Positions 37,829 to 48,266 are shown, counted from the first letter of the stretch. The stretch is 64,000 nucleotides of DNA from Polyangiales bacterium (GCA_045106895.1 JBGCFM010000100.1:1-64000), one strand, 5' to 3'. The notes: a model not told the origin generated them from the letters alone. Program-made: numbers and translations.

Positions 37829-39460
37829 ATGCAGATTCGCTCACGCCTTCTCATACTTCTCGCCTTCGCCCTCGCGGCATGTTCAAGCGATCCACCCACT
37901 GTTCGGGCGCCGGAGACAACGGTGGAAGTCCTGCGTGAGCCGGTCTTAGCCCCACGTGCATCGATCCCCGAAGTCGACGAAGCCGTGGAGCGCGTCTTGG
38001 TGGAAGCGGACGCGTTGACTTTCGTTTATCGCAGCGCCGGTGAAGCGGAAACACCTGCCGAGGGCGATGTGGTCGCTGGCCGTACGGATGGTGGCTACCT
38101 TCGGCGAATCACTTCCTGCGTAGAAGAGTCCCCAACACGCACGCGCTGCGAGACCGAAGTCGCGCAGCTCACGGATCTCTTCGAAGATGTTCACTTTCGC
38201 GCGAGCTTTGAACCTCGCAGCTCCTCCTGGACTCAGACCGTCGTTCGAGACGGCGTCGGCAGCCGCACGGACATGCTTGGCGGCAGCATCAAGGCAATCC
38301 CGGACATCAAGCTTTCGGAGCACTGTGACTTCCCATCCGGAGCCAATGTCGAAGTTAGCGCTGACTTCCAGCCGCGCTTCGACACGGAGGTCGACATCTT
38401 TCGCCGCCGTTCCCGTCATCTTCGGATCGAACTTGGCGGTGTAGTCTCGGTCGGTGCGACGGCCACGCTGAGCAACGGCGCCTCCGTCACCTGCTCCTTC
38501 GAGATTCCTATGGAAGACCTGCCTCAGCAGGAGTTCTCCAACTGGTTCTTCGTCGGCTGGGTTCCCGTCGCGATCACCCACACCATCGGCGCGAAGGTGA
38601 ACATTGAGGCCACCGCGGGGGTCGATGCGGGCACGTTTGAGGCGTCCGCATCGGGTGAGATCAGCTTCGGTGTCTACCTTGACTACCTCCAGGATCGCGG
38701 CTGGGAAGCCGACGGCGACGCCACTCGTTCCGCGAGCGCAACGGCGTCCACAGACCAAGAGCTCACCGCGCGAGTCGGCGTGACCGTCAAGCCTGCGCTC
38801 GTTTACCTGATGAAGATCTATGACTCCGTCGGTCCGGAGATCGGTCTCGTTCCAGAGATCGAAGCCGAGGTGTCTGCGACACTTTGCGAGTGGGATGCCC
38901 ATGTCAACGGCGCCCTCAACGTGAGCTTGGCCCCGAAGGTCGACGTCCCCGTCTTCGATGTGAACATCCTCGAGGTCAACTTCAACCTGAACCTTATCGA
39001 GAGCACGGAGCTCTGGAGCGGCGGCGGCACTTTCCCTTGGTGCGCGGACGCTGGCGGAATGCCCGATGGTGGAACCGGCCCCGACGCCGGACCTGGACGA
39101 GACGCTGGACCCTCCTCCACGGGAGACGCTGGTCCTCGACCGGACGCCGGACCCGGCGGCGACGACGCGGGACCTGTCGCCGACGCAGGATCCAGCAGCG
39201 ACCCTTGCCGGATGGAGGCCGACTGTTCCGAGTGCACCAACACACCTGGGTGCGGTTGGGGTGCGGATGGCTGTATCACTGCGAGCCCTGGCACCCCGGG
39301 TGTCACGACGCGAGCCGCGGAATGCTACGACTGCACCGGCCTCACCACATGCACCCCATGTGCTCAGGACGGCTTCTGCGAGTGGTGCCCGGGCAGCGGC
39401 TGCCACAACACATACGAAGACGCCTGCGCATCGCCGACTCCCGTCCTCATGTGTGACTGA
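37829..39460 (+). CDS. Lipoprotein with a beta-rich core, a PDAG linker and a Cys-rich C-terminus
   Basis: Lipobox LAAC, GDVVAG...GYLRRI, VGWVPV, PDAG repeats, CSEC...GCGW / CTPC...CEWC (PSI-like). Confidence 0.7.
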   Translation: MQIRSRLLILLAFALAACSSDPPTVRAPETTVEVLREPVLAPRASIPEVDEAVERVLVEADALTFVYRSAGEAETPAEGDVVAGRTDGGYLRRITSCVEESPTRTRCETEVAQLTDLFEDVHFRASFEPRSSSWTQTVVRDGVGSRTDMLGGSIKAIPDIKLSEHCDFPSGANVEVSADFQPRFDTEVDIFRRRSRHLRIELGGVVSVGATATLSNGASVTCSFEIPMEDLPQQEFSNWFFVGWVPVAITHTIGAKVNIEATAGVDAGTFEASASGEISFGVYLDYLQDRGWEADGDATRSASATASTDQELTARVGVTVKPALVYLMKIYDSVGPEIGLVPEIEAEVSATLCEWDAHVNGALNVSLAPKVDVPVFDVNILEVNFNLNLIESTELWSGGGTFPWCADAGGMPDGGTGPDAGPGRDAGPSSTGDAGPRPDAGPGGDDAGPVADAGSSSDPCRMEADCSECTNTPGCGWGADGCITASPGTPGVTTRAAECYDCTGLTTCTPCAQDGFCEWCPGSGCHNTYEDACASPTPVLMCD

Positions 39461-39668
39461 GTAGGTTCACCAGCCCGATGGCCTCCGTCCGACGCGATGC
39501 GTTGACGGGGGCCTTTGTCGTTTCGTGAGCGGAGCACGAGCCGCCCTTTTCTGCCCAGATCTACCGACGATCTTCGACATTCGTCGGACTCGTGTGCCAA
39601 GCCCGTCACGGCTCCGTGGTTCGCGTTGACATGCACTCCCTCTGGCGCCTAGGTTCTGCCAGCCTCAC

Positions 39669-40661
39669 ATGCGCCGCTTCGCCTTCCCTCTTGCCGCACT
39701 CGCGGCCATTCTTATGCCTGCTGCCCTGCCCTCGACGGCTGACGGGAGCCACGCTCGCACGCTGGTTTATATCAACGGGCGACCCACGGCAGTCCACTTC
39801 AACGATGGGGACAGTTTTCGTCAGCTCGACGGCCCCTACTCGGGTCGAGGGTCACGTCTGGCTGGGTTCAACACCCTTGAGAGCTTCGGGCCAGCTCACG
39901 CCTGGGGTGAGTGGCACCCCTTCGAGCTCTGGGTAAACGCGAAGATGGCCACGTACAATGGCCGCCAAGGCGTCTGGCACTGTTTCACGGAAGGCGAGAC
40001 GGACACGTACGGACGTATCCTGCTCGACTGCCCCGATCTTGCCACCGACCAGATTCGGCGCGGCCTGGCCCACGCCATGCAAATCGATGACACGCCATCT
40101 CGACCCGAGTACTTGCGGGCTCAGCACGAAGCGATGCGCGCTCGGCGTGGCATGTGGGCGCACGGCGTCCCGGACTTTGTTCTGACCTCGCTGCACTCGG
40201 CGGACGAGGATCCAACGCGTGACCAGCAATACAATCGTCTCGTCTCCACGCGAGACGGACACTCGGAGCGCTGGTCCCACAACGACCGTTACCCAGAGTG
40301 CAGCTTCCCCTGCGCCGAGACCATCGCAGCGGACATGCCTCGAGTGGAGGCCTACGCCCAGCGTCTTCGCGCGGACCGCGAACTGGCACCAGCCATCGCG
40401 GACCTGCCAAACATTCTTTTGATCGAAGCCGTGTCTCGCTACGCCCGCCTCGCAAACCTCCCCGAGTACCTCTCGGAAGAAGCGACGGCAGCACTTGAGC
40501 CACGCCTCGCCGAGGCGCGCGAGTCTGGCCAACTCGGCCAAACGACGATGACCACTGGCGCCTGCATGGTGTACGCCGATTTCCGGCGTCGCTATGGGCG
40601 AGAGCGTGCCGCGTGCCTCAACGGCCGCGGACTTGATTCCCCGGTAAGGACAGCCCGATGA
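39669..40661 (+). CDS. Secreted thermonuclease (staphylococcal nuclease family) homologue
   Basis: Signal peptide, NDGDSF, RLAGFNTLE, DTYGRIL, RRGLA, EAMRARRGMW. Confidence 0.75.
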   Translation: MRRFAFPLAALAAILMPAALPSTADGSHARTLVYINGRPTAVHFNDGDSFRQLDGPYSGRGSRLAGFNTLESFGPAHAWGEWHPFELWVNAKMATYNGRQGVWHCFTEGETDTYGRILLDCPDLATDQIRRGLAHAMQIDDTPSRPEYLRAQHEAMRARRGMWAHGVPDFVLTSLHSADEDPTRDQQYNRLVSTRDGHSERWSHNDRYPECSFPCAETIAADMPRVEAYAQRLRADRELAPAIADLPNILLIEAVSRYARLANLPEYLSEEATAALEPRLAEARESGQLGQTTMTTGACMVYADFRRRYGRERAACLNGRGLDSPVRTAR

Positions 40662-42028
40662 GTAAGCTCCAAGCTACAGCTGCATGTGCACTCGTGCTCG
40701 CGCTGACGCCCGCTTGTTTTGACGTCGACCGCGTCACAAACGGCCCCCCAGTCGGCTACGAAACCAACTCCATCGAGTGCTCCGATGGGCGCGACAACGA
40801 TCAGGACGGCTTCATCGATTGCAGCGACCCCGACTGCATCTCGCGAAACTTCTGCGGTGAGATCATCCCCTTCGCTCCACCGAGTGGCTTTGAGGGCGAC
40901 TTCGAGAGCTGTACCGATGGCATCGACAATGATGACAATGGGCAGTTCGACTGCGGCGACCGTAAATGCCAGGGCATTCAGGAGACCTGCTGCGTGACGG
41001 AGTTCACCGATGGCGCGTGTTCCGACGGAATCGACAACGACGGCAACGGCTTTGGTGACTGCATGGACTTCGCCTGCCGAAACGGAACCTTCACGACCGT
41101 GTGTTCGCGCGAAACCGAGTGCGACGACGGCATCGACAATGACGCCGACGGTTTTGAGGACTGCGACGACCGTGACTGCGAGTCGGTCTCCGTTTGCATC
41201 CCGAGCCCGGGCCCGGAGAACACCGCCGAGCGCTGCATCGATGGCTTCGACAACGACGGAAACGGATTTTCCGACTGTCGAGAGTTCGCTTGTTGTGATG
41301 GAGGAAGCCTTCCGTGCATCGACCCCATCGTGGATGAGCACTGCAGCAACTTGCCTTCGGAGACCACCGCCGAGGAGTGCATGGACGGCATCGACAACGA
41401 TGGAAATGGCTTCTTCGACTGCGCCGAATTCGGTTGTTGCGGCCGCGCCGGCTGCATCCTCCCTGAGGTACAAGCGTACTGTGACTCTCGCCCCGCCGAG
41501 GACACCTTCGAGCTATGTACGGATGGTATCGACAACGACGGAAACGGTTTCCTCGACTGCAACGACAACAGCTGCAGCCAGAGCGACAACCCTGACCTCA
41601 AGCGTCTGTGCGAAGCCGACTACGATTCCTGCACAGACTTCATCGACAACGATGGCGACGGCTTCCTCGACTGCTCGGACCGGAGCTGCGAGGGGCTGAC
41701 GGAGATTCGCCCGACGCCCGCGGGCAACCGTCCGTTGAGCCCCTGCCTCGAGTCCGTTTTCACACCTGAGGACATCGACGTTCGCACGCCTGGACGGGAT
41801 GAAGAGAGCCTCCGACGCATCGCCATTCAGGGCTGCAGCGACGGATTCGACGGTGACTCTGACAACGTGATCGACTGCGATGACTGGGACTGCCAGTACA
41901 ACCCGCTCCTCAATCCACGAACGAACAACCCGAACTCCACAGCCTTTGGCTTCTGCGAGGGCGCGACCTTCGAGAGTGGACAGTGGGTCGGCGGTAGCGC
42001 CGACACCCTCACCCTTCACTGCCAGTAA
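40658..42028 (+). CDS. Lipoprotein made of nine Cys/Asp repeats (C-x-DG-x-DND-x-[DN]G-x-x-DC-x-D-x-x-C)
   Basis: Lipobox TPAC, nine countable repeats, ATGA overlap with the nuclease gene. Confidence 0.8.
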   Translation: MSKLQATAACALVLALTPACFDVDRVTNGPPVGYETNSIECSDGRDNDQDGFIDCSDPDCISRNFCGEIIPFAPPSGFEGDFESCTDGIDNDDNGQFDCGDRKCQGIQETCCVTEFTDGACSDGIDNDGNGFGDCMDFACRNGTFTTVCSRETECDDGIDNDADGFEDCDDRDCESVSVCIPSPGPENTAERCIDGFDNDGNGFSDCREFACCDGGSLPCIDPIVDEHCSNLPSETTAEECMDGIDNDGNGFFDCAEFGCCGRAGCILPEVQAYCDSRPAEDTFELCTDGIDNDGNGFLDCNDNSCSQSDNPDLKRLCEADYDSCTDFIDNDGDGFLDCSDRSCEGLTEIRPTPAGNRPLSPCLESVFTPEDIDVRTPGRDEESLRRIAIQGCSDGFDGDSDNVIDCDDWDCQYNPLLNPRTNNPNSTAFGFCEGATFESGQWVGGSADTLTLHCQ

Positions 42029-42109
42029 CCACGCGCCAAAAACTCGCCCCCTTCCAGCGCGCCCATATTTCCAACGCTGCATAGCCTTTTGCCTCACCCC
42101 CACTAAGCG

Positions 42110-43768
42110 ATGAACTCCATGCTCGGCTTTCGCCTTACCCTCCCTGCTCTTCTCTTGGCTCTCGCAGCTCCAGCCCTCGCCCAGGACACCACGGCTTCGG
42201 ACGCCCCAGCCGCAGGCGCCCCGATTCCTGTCCAAGCGGAGATGACCGCTGAAATCCCGCCTCCTCCACCGCCTGTTCGGAGTCGTCCCGCGACGGAGTC
42301 TCTGTGCACAGATGGCACCGACGATGATGGCGACGGAATGACGGACTGCGCCGACGCTGACTGCTTTCAGAACGCCCAGTGCCAGTTCGGAAGCGGTAAC
42401 GAGCAGAGCGACGAAGCCTGTAGCGACTGGCTCGACAACGACAACGACGGCGCCGTCGACTGTGAAGACGAAGACTGCGGTGGGAACGCGATCACCGTGT
42501 GCCACGGCTCGCACCCCGACGACGCTGGTCACACGGCGCCAAACCAGTCGACGCACATCCCAACGACCTCCGGCGACGAGATGCCCGCGGACCTCATCGC
42601 CACCGGCGACGACTCCGACGGTGAGCGCAACGACTACACATGCTCTGATGGCATCGACAACGACGGCGATGGCCGCACCGACTGCGCAGACTTCGGTTGC
42701 CGTTTCGACCCGCAGGTGACGGTGTGCACCGTCAACCCAGGCTTCCGCGCCAGCATCGTTGTCGGCATCGGCGCCAGCTACGACCTTGAGGAGGAGAACT
42801 CCGCCGAAGCCGCCGAGGTTCGCTTTAGCCGCCTCCAGCTTCGAGTCCTCGGCTCGATTCCTTATATCAACAACTCGTTCTTCTTGCTCTCGATGCGCCT
42901 TGAACGAAGCGTTCGCCTCACCTTCGCTCACTTCCAGGTGCCGATCGGTCCCAACGGTCATTACTTCGCCCTCAACAGCGGCGGTGGAAACCTCTCGGCG
43001 CAGGTCATCGTCTCGGCGGCAAAGCAGCCCCTCCTCAACCCTGCGTTCCTCCTAACGAACGCCTTCGAGCAGGGCAACGGTGCTGCTCTTGAGCTTGGTG
43101 GCCCCCTCACTAGCGATGGCTTCCTGACCTACCGCGCCTTCGTCGCGGGTGGTTCAGGCCGAAGCAACGGCAACGTCGGTGGCCGCTTCTTCCCCGGCGA
43201 GAACGAGAACTTCACGTACACCGGTGGTGCTGCCGTGACCTTCAACTTCATCGGTCACTTCAACCGCCTCGACTCGCCGATGCTCTACACGAAGGCGCCT
43301 CTGGCTCTCGCCGTGTCCCTTGGCGGCAAGTACGACCAGCGAGCAACGGAACGCTACCCAGCCGGTCACGCGATGCTCCACTTCTCGCACTCGTTCTTCC
43401 TGCTTCGTGCCGAAAACTACTTCAAGTACACCCTCGACTTCGGTGGGTCCGTGCAGAACGCGTTCTTGGTTCAGACCTCGATTCTCCTTTGGCCCAAGCA
43501 CATTCTCCTCGCCGCCGACTTCGGTATGTACAGCGCCGGTGCATTCTCGGACCTTCCTGGAAGCAGCGACCAGGACCAGCCACTCAACGAGCTTCAAGGT
43601 CGCGTTGCGCTTCACTGGTACTGGTACCGCAACATCGGCACGCTTTCCCTGCTCTACACGCATCACCGGGTACAGGGCGAGTTGCTCAACCCGATGGATC
43701 TCGAAGGCGACCGCGTGGACACCGAAGTTGAGCAGAGCATCCAGCTCGAGGCTCAGTTCCGCTTCTGA
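42110..43768 (+). CDS. Outer-membrane beta-barrel (porin-like) protein with three N-terminal Cys/Asp repeats
   Basis: Signal peptide ALA-Q, three repeats, many amphipathic strands, terminal IQLEAQFRF (BAM-type beta-signal). Confidence 0.7.
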   Translation: MNSMLGFRLTLPALLLALAAPALAQDTTASDAPAAGAPIPVQAEMTAEIPPPPPPVRSRPATESLCTDGTDDDGDGMTDCADADCFQNAQCQFGSGNEQSDEACSDWLDNDNDGAVDCEDEDCGGNAITVCHGSHPDDAGHTAPNQSTHIPTTSGDEMPADLIATGDDSDGERNDYTCSDGIDNDGDGRTDCADFGCRFDPQVTVCTVNPGFRASIVVGIGASYDLEEENSAEAAEVRFSRLQLRVLGSIPYINNSFFLLSMRLERSVRLTFAHFQVPIGPNGHYFALNSGGGNLSAQVIVSAAKQPLLNPAFLLTNAFEQGNGAALELGGPLTSDGFLTYRAFVAGGSGRSNGNVGGRFFPGENENFTYTGGAAVTFNFIGHFNRLDSPMLYTKAPLALAVSLGGKYDQRATERYPAGHAMLHFSHSFFLLRAENYFKYTLDFGGSVQNAFLVQTSILLWPKHILLAADFGMYSAGAFSDLPGSSDQDQPLNELQGRVALHWYWYRNIGTLSLLYTHHRVQGELLNPMDLEGDRVDTEVEQSIQLEAQFRF

Positions 43769-44421
43769 TGGTCGCTCGCTTCACACCTTGGTGTGCAGCA
43801 TCCCTGGCGCTCGTTCTGAGCGCCGGCGCCTTGAGCGCCTGCGGCCCAAGTATCCCCGCGCGCTTCGTCCTTGAACGCGACGTCGGGGACTTTCAGTACA
43901 GACGTTACCAAGAAGTGTTGGACGTTGAGTTTCCCATCGAGGGGAACACCGCGAATGGCCACACGGCCACCTACCTTCGTCGTGGTACCCGCGAGGACGG
44001 CGCCGACCTTCGCGTCGCGACGGCGTTCGTGACGGTCTACGCCAAGGCACCATCCCTGGCGGCGGAGATACGCCAACGTTTGGAGACCCTTCACAGCTAC
44101 GAGCTTGCGGTGCGCCGAGTCAACGGCGAATGGGTCTGGGTTCTCGATGGCGGGGACATCCCATGGGTGATGTGGGTAAGCGGACGTCACCTCATCAAAC
44201 TCGGCGGCTCTCCCGAGGAGGTCGACGACGAAGACAGCGACACCGAGTTCGGCATCCCGGATGACATCCTTGATGCATACACAGACCTCTTCTCCAGCGA
44301 CCTCAACGAACACGGCCAAGCACGCGAAGGCAGCCCCAGCTTTGGTGCCTCCAGCGCTGAGCTTGAAGATAGCGAAGAGCTTGAGATCCCGGCATCCCTT
44401 CGAGACGACGCGCCGATCTGA
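43768..44421 (+). CDS. Hypothetical lipoprotein
   Basis: Lipobox LSAC, TGATG coupling on both sides. Confidence 0.7.
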   Translation: MVARFTPWCAASLALVLSAGALSACGPSIPARFVLERDVGDFQYRRYQEVLDVEFPIEGNTANGHTATYLRRGTREDGADLRVATAFVTVYAKAPSLAAEIRQRLETLHSYELAVRRVNGEWVWVLDGGDIPWVMWVSGRHLIKLGGSPEEVDDEDSDTEFGIPDDILDAYTDLFSSDLNEHGQAREGSPSFGASSAELEDSEELEIPASLRDDAPI

Positions 44422-45536
44422 TGTCGTCCGCAAGAAACGATGAGATTCTGGCACGCCTGCGCCCCGAACTCTCGACGCTGAAGGCATACGCGGTTCCGAA
44501 AGACGTGCCGGCGATCAAGCTCGACGCCAACGAGAGCCCCTTTGAGTTGCCCGCGGACGTGCGGCGAGAGCTCGGCGAGGTCGTCGCTGCATGCTCCCTC
44601 AACCGCTACCCGGACGGCAGCACCGGTGCGCTGCGGGAAGCGCTCGCCAGCCATCTCGGACGCGGGTCTAGTCCCCTCGACGCGGAACGCATCCTCCTAG
44701 GCGTCGGCTCCGACGAGGTCATCACCATGCTGATGAACGCGCTGTCGACGCCCGGCTCCAAGGGCACGCCAGCCAGCGTCGTGTTCCCTTCGCCGACCTT
44801 CGTGATGTATGACGTAAGTGCTCGCTCTCATGGGCTGCGACCACTTCCGGTTCCCATGGACGCGCAGTTTCATTTCGACGAAGCAGCGTTCGCAGCCGCG
44901 CTTTCTCGTGAGCCAGTCCTGGCCTTCTACGCCACACCGAACAACCCGACGGGCCGCCCCATCGATGATGCCGTGCTCCGCCGGCTCATCGAGGCGTTTC
45001 CGCGAACGCTGCATATCATCGATGAAGCCTACGGGCCCTTCGAGCGCGGCCCGGACGAACAGGCCAAGACCCGCCGCATGTGGGCCGATGAGTACCCGAA
45101 CGTCGCGGTCATGGGCACCCTATCCAAAGTCGGACTCGCGGGGCTTCGTATCGGCCACCTCTACGCGAGCGCGGCGCTCATCGACGAGCTGCAAAAGGTG
45201 CGGCAGCCATTCAACCTCAACGCTCCGGCTCAAGTCATCGCTACGCATCTACTGACCCGGCATGCCCCGCTCCTTGAGTCCCACGTACGCGGCATCGTTC
45301 TCGAGCGCGAGCGTATGTTCAACGCTCTTTCCGCACGCGATCCGATTCCATCGATGGCGAACTTTCATCTTGTTCGAATGAGCGCAGAAGTCGGCCGAAG
45401 TCTGCGGGCGGGCGGCATCGGCGTTCGTATTTTCCGCGACAAAGCGCTCGAAGGCTGGGCACGCGTCACCGTGGGGACTCGCGCCGAGAACGACGCACTC
45501 CTCGCCGCGCTAAGCGGCGAGCCGTCTACCGCGTAA
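44421..45536 (+). CDS. hisC: Histidinol-phosphate aminotransferase
   Basis: KLDANESP, NRYPD, GSDEVI, PTFVMY, PNNPTG, DEAY, TLSK...GLRIG, RVTVG. Confidence 0.88.
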   Translation: MSSARNDEILARLRPELSTLKAYAVPKDVPAIKLDANESPFELPADVRRELGEVVAACSLNRYPDGSTGALREALASHLGRGSSPLDAERILLGVGSDEVITMLMNALSTPGSKGTPASVVFPSPTFVMYDVSARSHGLRPLPVPMDAQFHFDEAAFAAALSREPVLAFYATPNNPTGRPIDDAVLRRLIEAFPRTLHIIDEAYGPFERGPDEQAKTRRMWADEYPNVAVMGTLSKVGLAGLRIGHLYASAALIDELQKVRQPFNLNAPAQVIATHLLTRHAPLLESHVRGIVLERERMFNALSARDPIPSMANFHLVRMSAEVGRSLRAGGIGVRIFRDKALEGWARVTVGTRAENDALLAALSGEPSTA

Positions 45537-45538
45537 TC

Positions 45539-47227
45539 TTACTGACCGTCGTCGGTCTTTGGGTCCCGCCCGGCGCCAGGGCCGCCGAGAATTTCGCGCG
45601 CGTCTGACGCCGAGGGCGTAGACGCTGCTTTCGTCTCTGAAGCGTTCGGAAGCAGTATCGGCATATGACTCTCTCGAGGAAGGTCACCGAACCATGCAAA
45701 GAACACCTTGAGCGCGTCTTTTCGCTCGGGCGTGAGGAAGTCGAAGTTCACGCCGCGGTCCGAGATCTCCCAGAACTCGTCCGTCATGACGTTGAGGAGC
45801 TCGTCGCGGATGCTTGCGAGTCGGTCTCGGCGTTCACCCTCCATGTCCCGAAAGATCTCTCGAGCCAGGTCTTCGGCGTCGTTCACAAGGTAGTGGGTCG
45901 CGAGTTTGAGCTGCGCTTTTCGTACGCCACGGAGGCTCACCTCCTGGACTTCACCCTCGGACTCCTTGTCGACCTCCAGGAAGATACGCAGAAGCTCCCT
46001 CGATGCCTCGGACTCTTCGTTGAAGGCGATCTCATTGAGTTCGCAAAGGTCGTAGGCGACTGTCTCCAAGAGAAACGGCAACTTGGCGCCGAAGCTGGTG
46101 AGTCCGTAGTACTTAAAGTAGCGAGCGATCTCGATGCTCTGAGCGCCACCGTTGTGGTGTAGGACGCTCTCTGCCATCAGGCGGTACTGGTGCAGGACGT
46201 TGTAAGCGGTTCGCACGTCGCGCGCGTTGACCGTGGCGCGCAGGTAAGTGTTGAAGAACTTCACCACGAGCGCGAAGAGCTCTTCGTTGCCGACACGCAC
46301 GGCCTCTTCAGCGATGTGCCGGGTGTTGATGGCGATGAGGTAGTTGATGTCCCTCATTCGGTTGAGCGCATCGTTGTAGATGGTCTGGTACTTGCGCAGC
46401 ACCTTCATCTCGAACCACACGCGGCTCTTGCTCACTTCGCGGAGGACTTGCTCACTCATGGAGACGAAGTCCGGGTTCTGTGCAAGCGCGCCATCCACCC
46501 GGAACCACTCCTTGGCGAGTCCGCTGCGAACCGGCTGGTAGTCGATGACCATGTTCATAAGCGCGTTCACACTCGCCATCGACACGCCCTTGTCCTTGTG
46601 CTCCATGGCGTTCAAGCCGACGTCGGCGAGCTGCTCAACGCCGCGTACCGCTTCCGCCTGACGCGCTTTGACCGGCATCTGACGCTTTCGGCCGACGACC
46701 TTGAGCGTGTGACGGCGAATGCGATCCACGATCTGAATGGGATTGAGGAAATCGAAGACGAACGCGAAGTAGGGCAGCAAGAGCAGCAGACAGACGCCGA
46801 GCATGCTCATGGACACGGTCACGCCGAGGTATGGAACGAAGCCAGTCCCGCCGGGCCCGGTGTCGAAGACGAGGCTCACGGCGATAGCCTGCAGCGCCGT
46901 CACGACGAAGAAACCCATCACGAAGAAGTTAACGGGCTCCGAGACGAAGAGCTCGGTGACGCGGTGCGTATAGCGATTCGACGCAAGCTCCACGATAATG
47001 GCGACAACGGTGATGGCGATGCCAAGAACCGCCGCGACAATTTCGCCCGCGTTGGCCATCGTCATGGCCGCCGCCTCGGGGTTCGGGTTTACCAGCAGAG
47101 AGAGGTTGCTGAGCACTCCGCCTGAGTCGACCCAGAAGCAGAGGACGAAAATCGCGACCGCGCCCCCAAAAAGGAGGCTGAAGGGCAACAACCAAATGCG
47201 AAAGGACCTGTCGCTCCCGTGAGCCAT
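45539..47227 (-). CDS. DUF2254-like membrane protein
   Basis: Four TM helices, IVELASNRYTHRV, helical C-terminal domain. Confidence 0.6.
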   Translation of the reverse strand: MAHGSDRSFRIWLLPFSLLFGGAVAIFVLCFWVDSGGVLSNLSLLVNPNPEAAAMTMANAGEIVAAVLGIAITVVAIIVELASNRYTHRVTELFVSEPVNFFVMGFFVVTALQAIAVSLVFDTGPGGTGFVPYLGVTVSMSMLGVCLLLLLPYFAFVFDFLNPIQIVDRIRRHTLKVVGRKRQMPVKARQAEAVRGVEQLADVGLNAMEHKDKGVSMASVNALMNMVIDYQPVRSGLAKEWFRVDGALAQNPDFVSMSEQVLREVSKSRVWFEMKVLRKYQTIYNDALNRMRDINYLIAINTRHIAEEAVRVGNEELFALVVKFFNTYLRATVNARDVRTAYNVLHQYRLMAESVLHHNGGAQSIEIARYFKYYGLTSFGAKLPFLLETVAYDLCELNEIAFNEESEASRELLRIFLEVDKESEGEVQEVSLRGVRKAQLKLATHYLVNDAEDLAREIFRDMEGERRDRLASIRDELLNVMTDEFWEISDRGVNFDFLTPERKDALKVFFAWFGDLPRESHMPILLPNASETKAASTPSASDAREILGGPGAGRDPKTDDGQ

Positions 47228-47309
47228 GGGGCAGCATACCCTTGCGGGCTGGACCGTGGCACCCTAAAGCGGCCCCTCCCACAAACCGCCCTTTTCTATT
47301 CAGGCCGCC

Positions 47310-48266
47310 ATGAGCGTTTCCACCACCGATACTCAACCTAGCGAAGTTCCGCAGCCCGTCAGCCCAGAAGCTGCGCGGGTCGCCGCCGCATGGATTGCGA
47401 GCGTGGGCGCCGACCCGGAGCTTCTGGCTTCACCGCCGCCAAAGCCAACGCCCGCCGAGTGGCGCGCCTTGCCCGTGGAGGAACTTCGTCCGCACCTCGA
47501 CGCGATGCTCACTTCCAAGAACCCCGAGCCAGGCCTAGACGCTTGCGCGGAATGTGGGGTTCTCGATGTGTGGATGCCGGAGGTCGCGAAGATGATCGGC
47601 TTTGGCGACGGTGAATGGCGCCACAAGGACGTGTGGAAGCACACAAAGCAGGTCGTCAAACAATCCGTTCCTCGACTCGAGGTCCGCTGGGGCGCTCTCC
47701 TTCACGACATTGGTAAGCCGCGCACGCGAAAGATCGATGCAAAGGGGCGCGTGACCTTTCACGGACACGCCGAGCTTGGTGCGCGCATGTACCGCCGCAA
47801 GATGGAGTCGCGCCTTCGCTTCGAGGAGCAGCTCAGTGAGCGGATCCACTTTCTAATTCTCCACCACCTGCGCCCGAGCCAATACGCCGACGACTGGACG
47901 GACGCGGCGGTCCGTCGCTTCTATAAGCAGATGGGAGATGGTCTCAAAGATCTCTTGGACCTATCGCGCGCAGACATCACGACGAAGCGACCCGAGAAAC
48001 GAAAGCGTGGCGTGCACAACATCCACGCTCTTGGTCAGCGCATCGCCGGGATCCGTGATGAAGACGAGAAGCCCAAGGCCCTTCCGAAAGGTCTCGGTCA
48101 GCACATCATCAAGCGTTTTGACGTTCCTCCGAGCAAACGCCTGGGCAACCTCATCAAGAAGCTGCAATCGGACGTGGACGAAGGCCTTGTCGAAGCGGGT
48201 CTCGAGTTCGAGGACTACCTCACGTATCTCGACGGCAACCGGGCGCGCTTCGACATCGACGCCTAA
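47310..48266 (+). CDS. HD-domain phosphohydrolase resembling the C-terminal half of CCA-adding enzyme
   Basis: L..ML...P...L...GVLDVWMPE, HKDVWKHT, LLHDIGKP, FHGHAELGA, HHLRP, AVRRF, LSRAD. No N-terminal nucleotidyltransferase motif. Confidence 0.8.
   Translation: MSVSTTDTQPSEVPQPVSPEAARVAAAWIASVGADPELLASPPPKPTPAEWRALPVEELRPHLDAMLTSKNPEPGLDACAECGVLDVWMPEVAKMIGFGDGEWRHKDVWKHTKQVVKQSVPRLEVRWGALLHDIGKPRTRKIDAKGRVTFHGHAELGARMYRRKMESRLRFEEQLSERIHFLILHHLRPSQYADDWTDAAVRRFYKQMGDGLKDLLDLSRADITTKRPEKRKRGVHNIHALGQRIAGIRDEDEKPKALPKGLGQHIIKRFDVPPSKRLGNLIKKLQSDVDEGLVEAGLEFEDYLTYLDGNRARFDIDA

Noticed and set aside
40770..42700. Recurring gacggcatcgacaacga-like DNA repeats as a possible CRISPR array
   Set aside because: They are in-frame protein repeats with synonymous variation and irregular spacing, and there are no cas genes.
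37946..42961. 486-, 293- and 482-aa minus-strand ORFs
   Set aside because: They mirror the real plus-strand lipoprotein and repeat genes.
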